A DNA stretch of 27,544 nt, from positions 3,684 to 31,227 of the forward strand of contig CAYLZE010000026.1 in the NCBI GenBank assembly GCA_964388035.1. The letters run 5' to 3'. Shown here piece by piece: positions 26,064-27,544 of the stretch (position 1 is the first letter of the stretch; the number at the start of each line of letters is the position of its first letter). Source of the DNA: an uncultured archaeon (GTDB lineage Archaea > Asgardarchaeota > Lokiarchaeia > Sigyniarchaeales > SOKP01). Both the position numbers and the translations under genes were made by a program. The notes below the pieces were generated by a model. It was given only the letters and a program-made list of their open reading frames with translations, was not told where the DNA came from and searched no databases.

Positions 26064-27476
26064 TTAAATGTTTCGTTTTTTAACATTATATGCGGTTAAT
26101 TCATAATTCCTAGAGGAGGGCTTAAAATTTTTAAATAACATATAATTTGTTAGTTTTTGTTCCACATTTTTGATTTTCCTCATCAAGAGAAAGTTGTAAA
26201 GTACTTCTAATTCCTCATAGCTGGTGGTATAGTACTTAAAAATAAGATTCTTCTTTACTTTTTTTTGATCTATGTCAAACATTGAATCAAGAATAGGTAA
26301 AAAATATTCATATATTTTTTTTTCCTTGCTTGAAGTAAATTTTTCTTTGATCTTATCCTCAAGAATTTGTAAGGAATGATTGAGTAAGAGAAATAAATGA
26401 TAATAATGTATGTATTTTGCTATAAAATAATAATATTCAATTGATGGGCTTGGAATTATAAAATTAAGATCCAATCCAATAATTACTTGATTATCCTCTT
26501 TAATTCCATTAAATTCTTCGTAACCAAATTGTTTTAAATAATTAAGATCTTCTTGTGAATTTAATTTAATCCCATATTTAATATTATTGTGAGTTTCAAA
26601 CGTTTTATCCGTGAATCTGATCGATTTAATCTTCATATCTATTATTTTAAAAGGAATCTGAAAATAAACAAAAAATGATTCCCATCTCCCTGGATTTGGA
26701 TCAGTGATAAACATCCAATCCGATTTTATAAACATCTCACAATAATAAATGAATTTTTTCATATATTCTTTAAATAGATCACTATTCTTACTCACATTTT
26801 TATTTTGCATTTCAATTATTTTTTTATGAATTGATTCAATAATTGTTATATACGCGCAAGCAAATTTGGTTTTAAAATTTTTAAGGATTTCTAAACCCTG
26901 AATTTGATCATTAAAAGGAATTTCAAATTTGACTTTATCTTGAGCCTCTTGATAAGAATTTTTAAATTCCCATGTATTTTGTATTTTGAAGGGAATTTCT
27001 AATGGCTCATAAATATTTAACGGTTTTGAATTTACGGGATTAAAAATAATGATTTTATTCGGATGCTCTTGAAACGACTCCAATAAATATTGCTTACTTC
27101 TCTCTCTACAAGATTTACTAAAAAAATTTAGTTTTCTTGAATCAAAGGAGTAAAAATTGTGATTTGAACTCAAGAACTTTTGTTTCTCTATAGGCAAAAA
27201 AGTACTTACAAGATAATTAGTATTTTCTTTAATGAATCTTGTATTTACTATATCCTTCTTTATCCATTTTATATTGCAAATTTCAGGAATGATAATCTCT
27301 ATTTTTTTTCCCCACATTAATTCTAAAAGAAGGGAATCGAAATCATCCATTAACTCCGATACCGCAATTTGCATTCTCTTTTTTAATTTATGATATAATA
27401 CAGCTTTAATCTCTCCTTTTTTGCTCAAATATTCAAAGATATTTTTTTCAAGGATGCCTTTCTCAGTGCTTCTCAT
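26064..27476 (-). CDS. hypothetical protein (470 aa)
   Basis: Long ATG-started ORF; no motif recognised. Confidence 0.7.
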   Translation of the reverse strand: MRSTEKGILEKNIFEYLSKKGEIKAVLYHKLKKRMQIAVSELMDDFDSLLLELMWGKKIEIIIPEICNIKWIKKDIVNTRFIKENTNYLVSTFLPIEKQKFLSSNHNFYSFDSRKLNFFSKSCRERSKQYLLESFQEHPNKIIIFNPVNSKPLNIYEPLEIPFKIQNTWEFKNSYQEAQDKVKFEIPFNDQIQGLEILKNFKTKFACAYITIIESIHKKIIEMQNKNVSKNSDLFKEYMKKFIYYCEMFIKSDWMFITDPNPGRWESFFVYFQIPFKIIDMKIKSIRFTDKTFETHNNIKYGIKLNSQEDLNYLKQFGYEEFNGIKEDNQVIIGLDLNFIIPSPSIEYYYFIAKYIHYYHLFLLLNHSLQILEDKIKEKFTSSKEKKIYEYFLPILDSMFDIDQKKVKKNLIFKYYTTSYEELEVLYNFLLMRKIKNVEQKLTNYMLFKNFKPSSRNYELTAYNVKKRNI

Positions 27477-27544
27477 TTAAAATATTATTTGAAAAATCTA
27501 TTTAAAAACCAATAAAAAATAAAAAAGTTCAGTTTTTAAATTTG

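Overview
AT-rich archaeal chromosomal segment. I infer an Asgard/Lokiarchaeia-type genome from the gene repertoire and style (MglA/Rab-like small GTPase, V4R protein, two TFB paralogues, class I LysRS, ABCE1, eS17, uL3-uL4-uL23, Orc1/Cdc6), not from a search. Interleaved with these housekeeping genes is a dispersed type IV filament system. It comprises an A24 prepilin peptidase, a CpaF/VirB11/FlaI-type ATPase with an N-terminal Cys-rich extension, a two-domain T2SSF/TadBC-like platform protein, a leaderless pilin-like protein and, about 10 kb away, a short bacterial-style Flp pilin downstream of an RHH/wHTH regulator pair with palindromic operators. Other points of note: a tRNA-Glu(CTC) with a D-loop intron, an MglA-like GTPase missed by the ORF track, a divergent TFB, a PC4/PUR-like protein with an acidic EEWDPW tail, two probable pseudoenzymes (Nif3-like, gamma-carbonic-anhydrase-like), a decayed secreted-protein gene and two candidate structured RNAs. 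No CRISPR array, rRNA, transposase or integrase was seen. All family calls come from motif recognition by eye.
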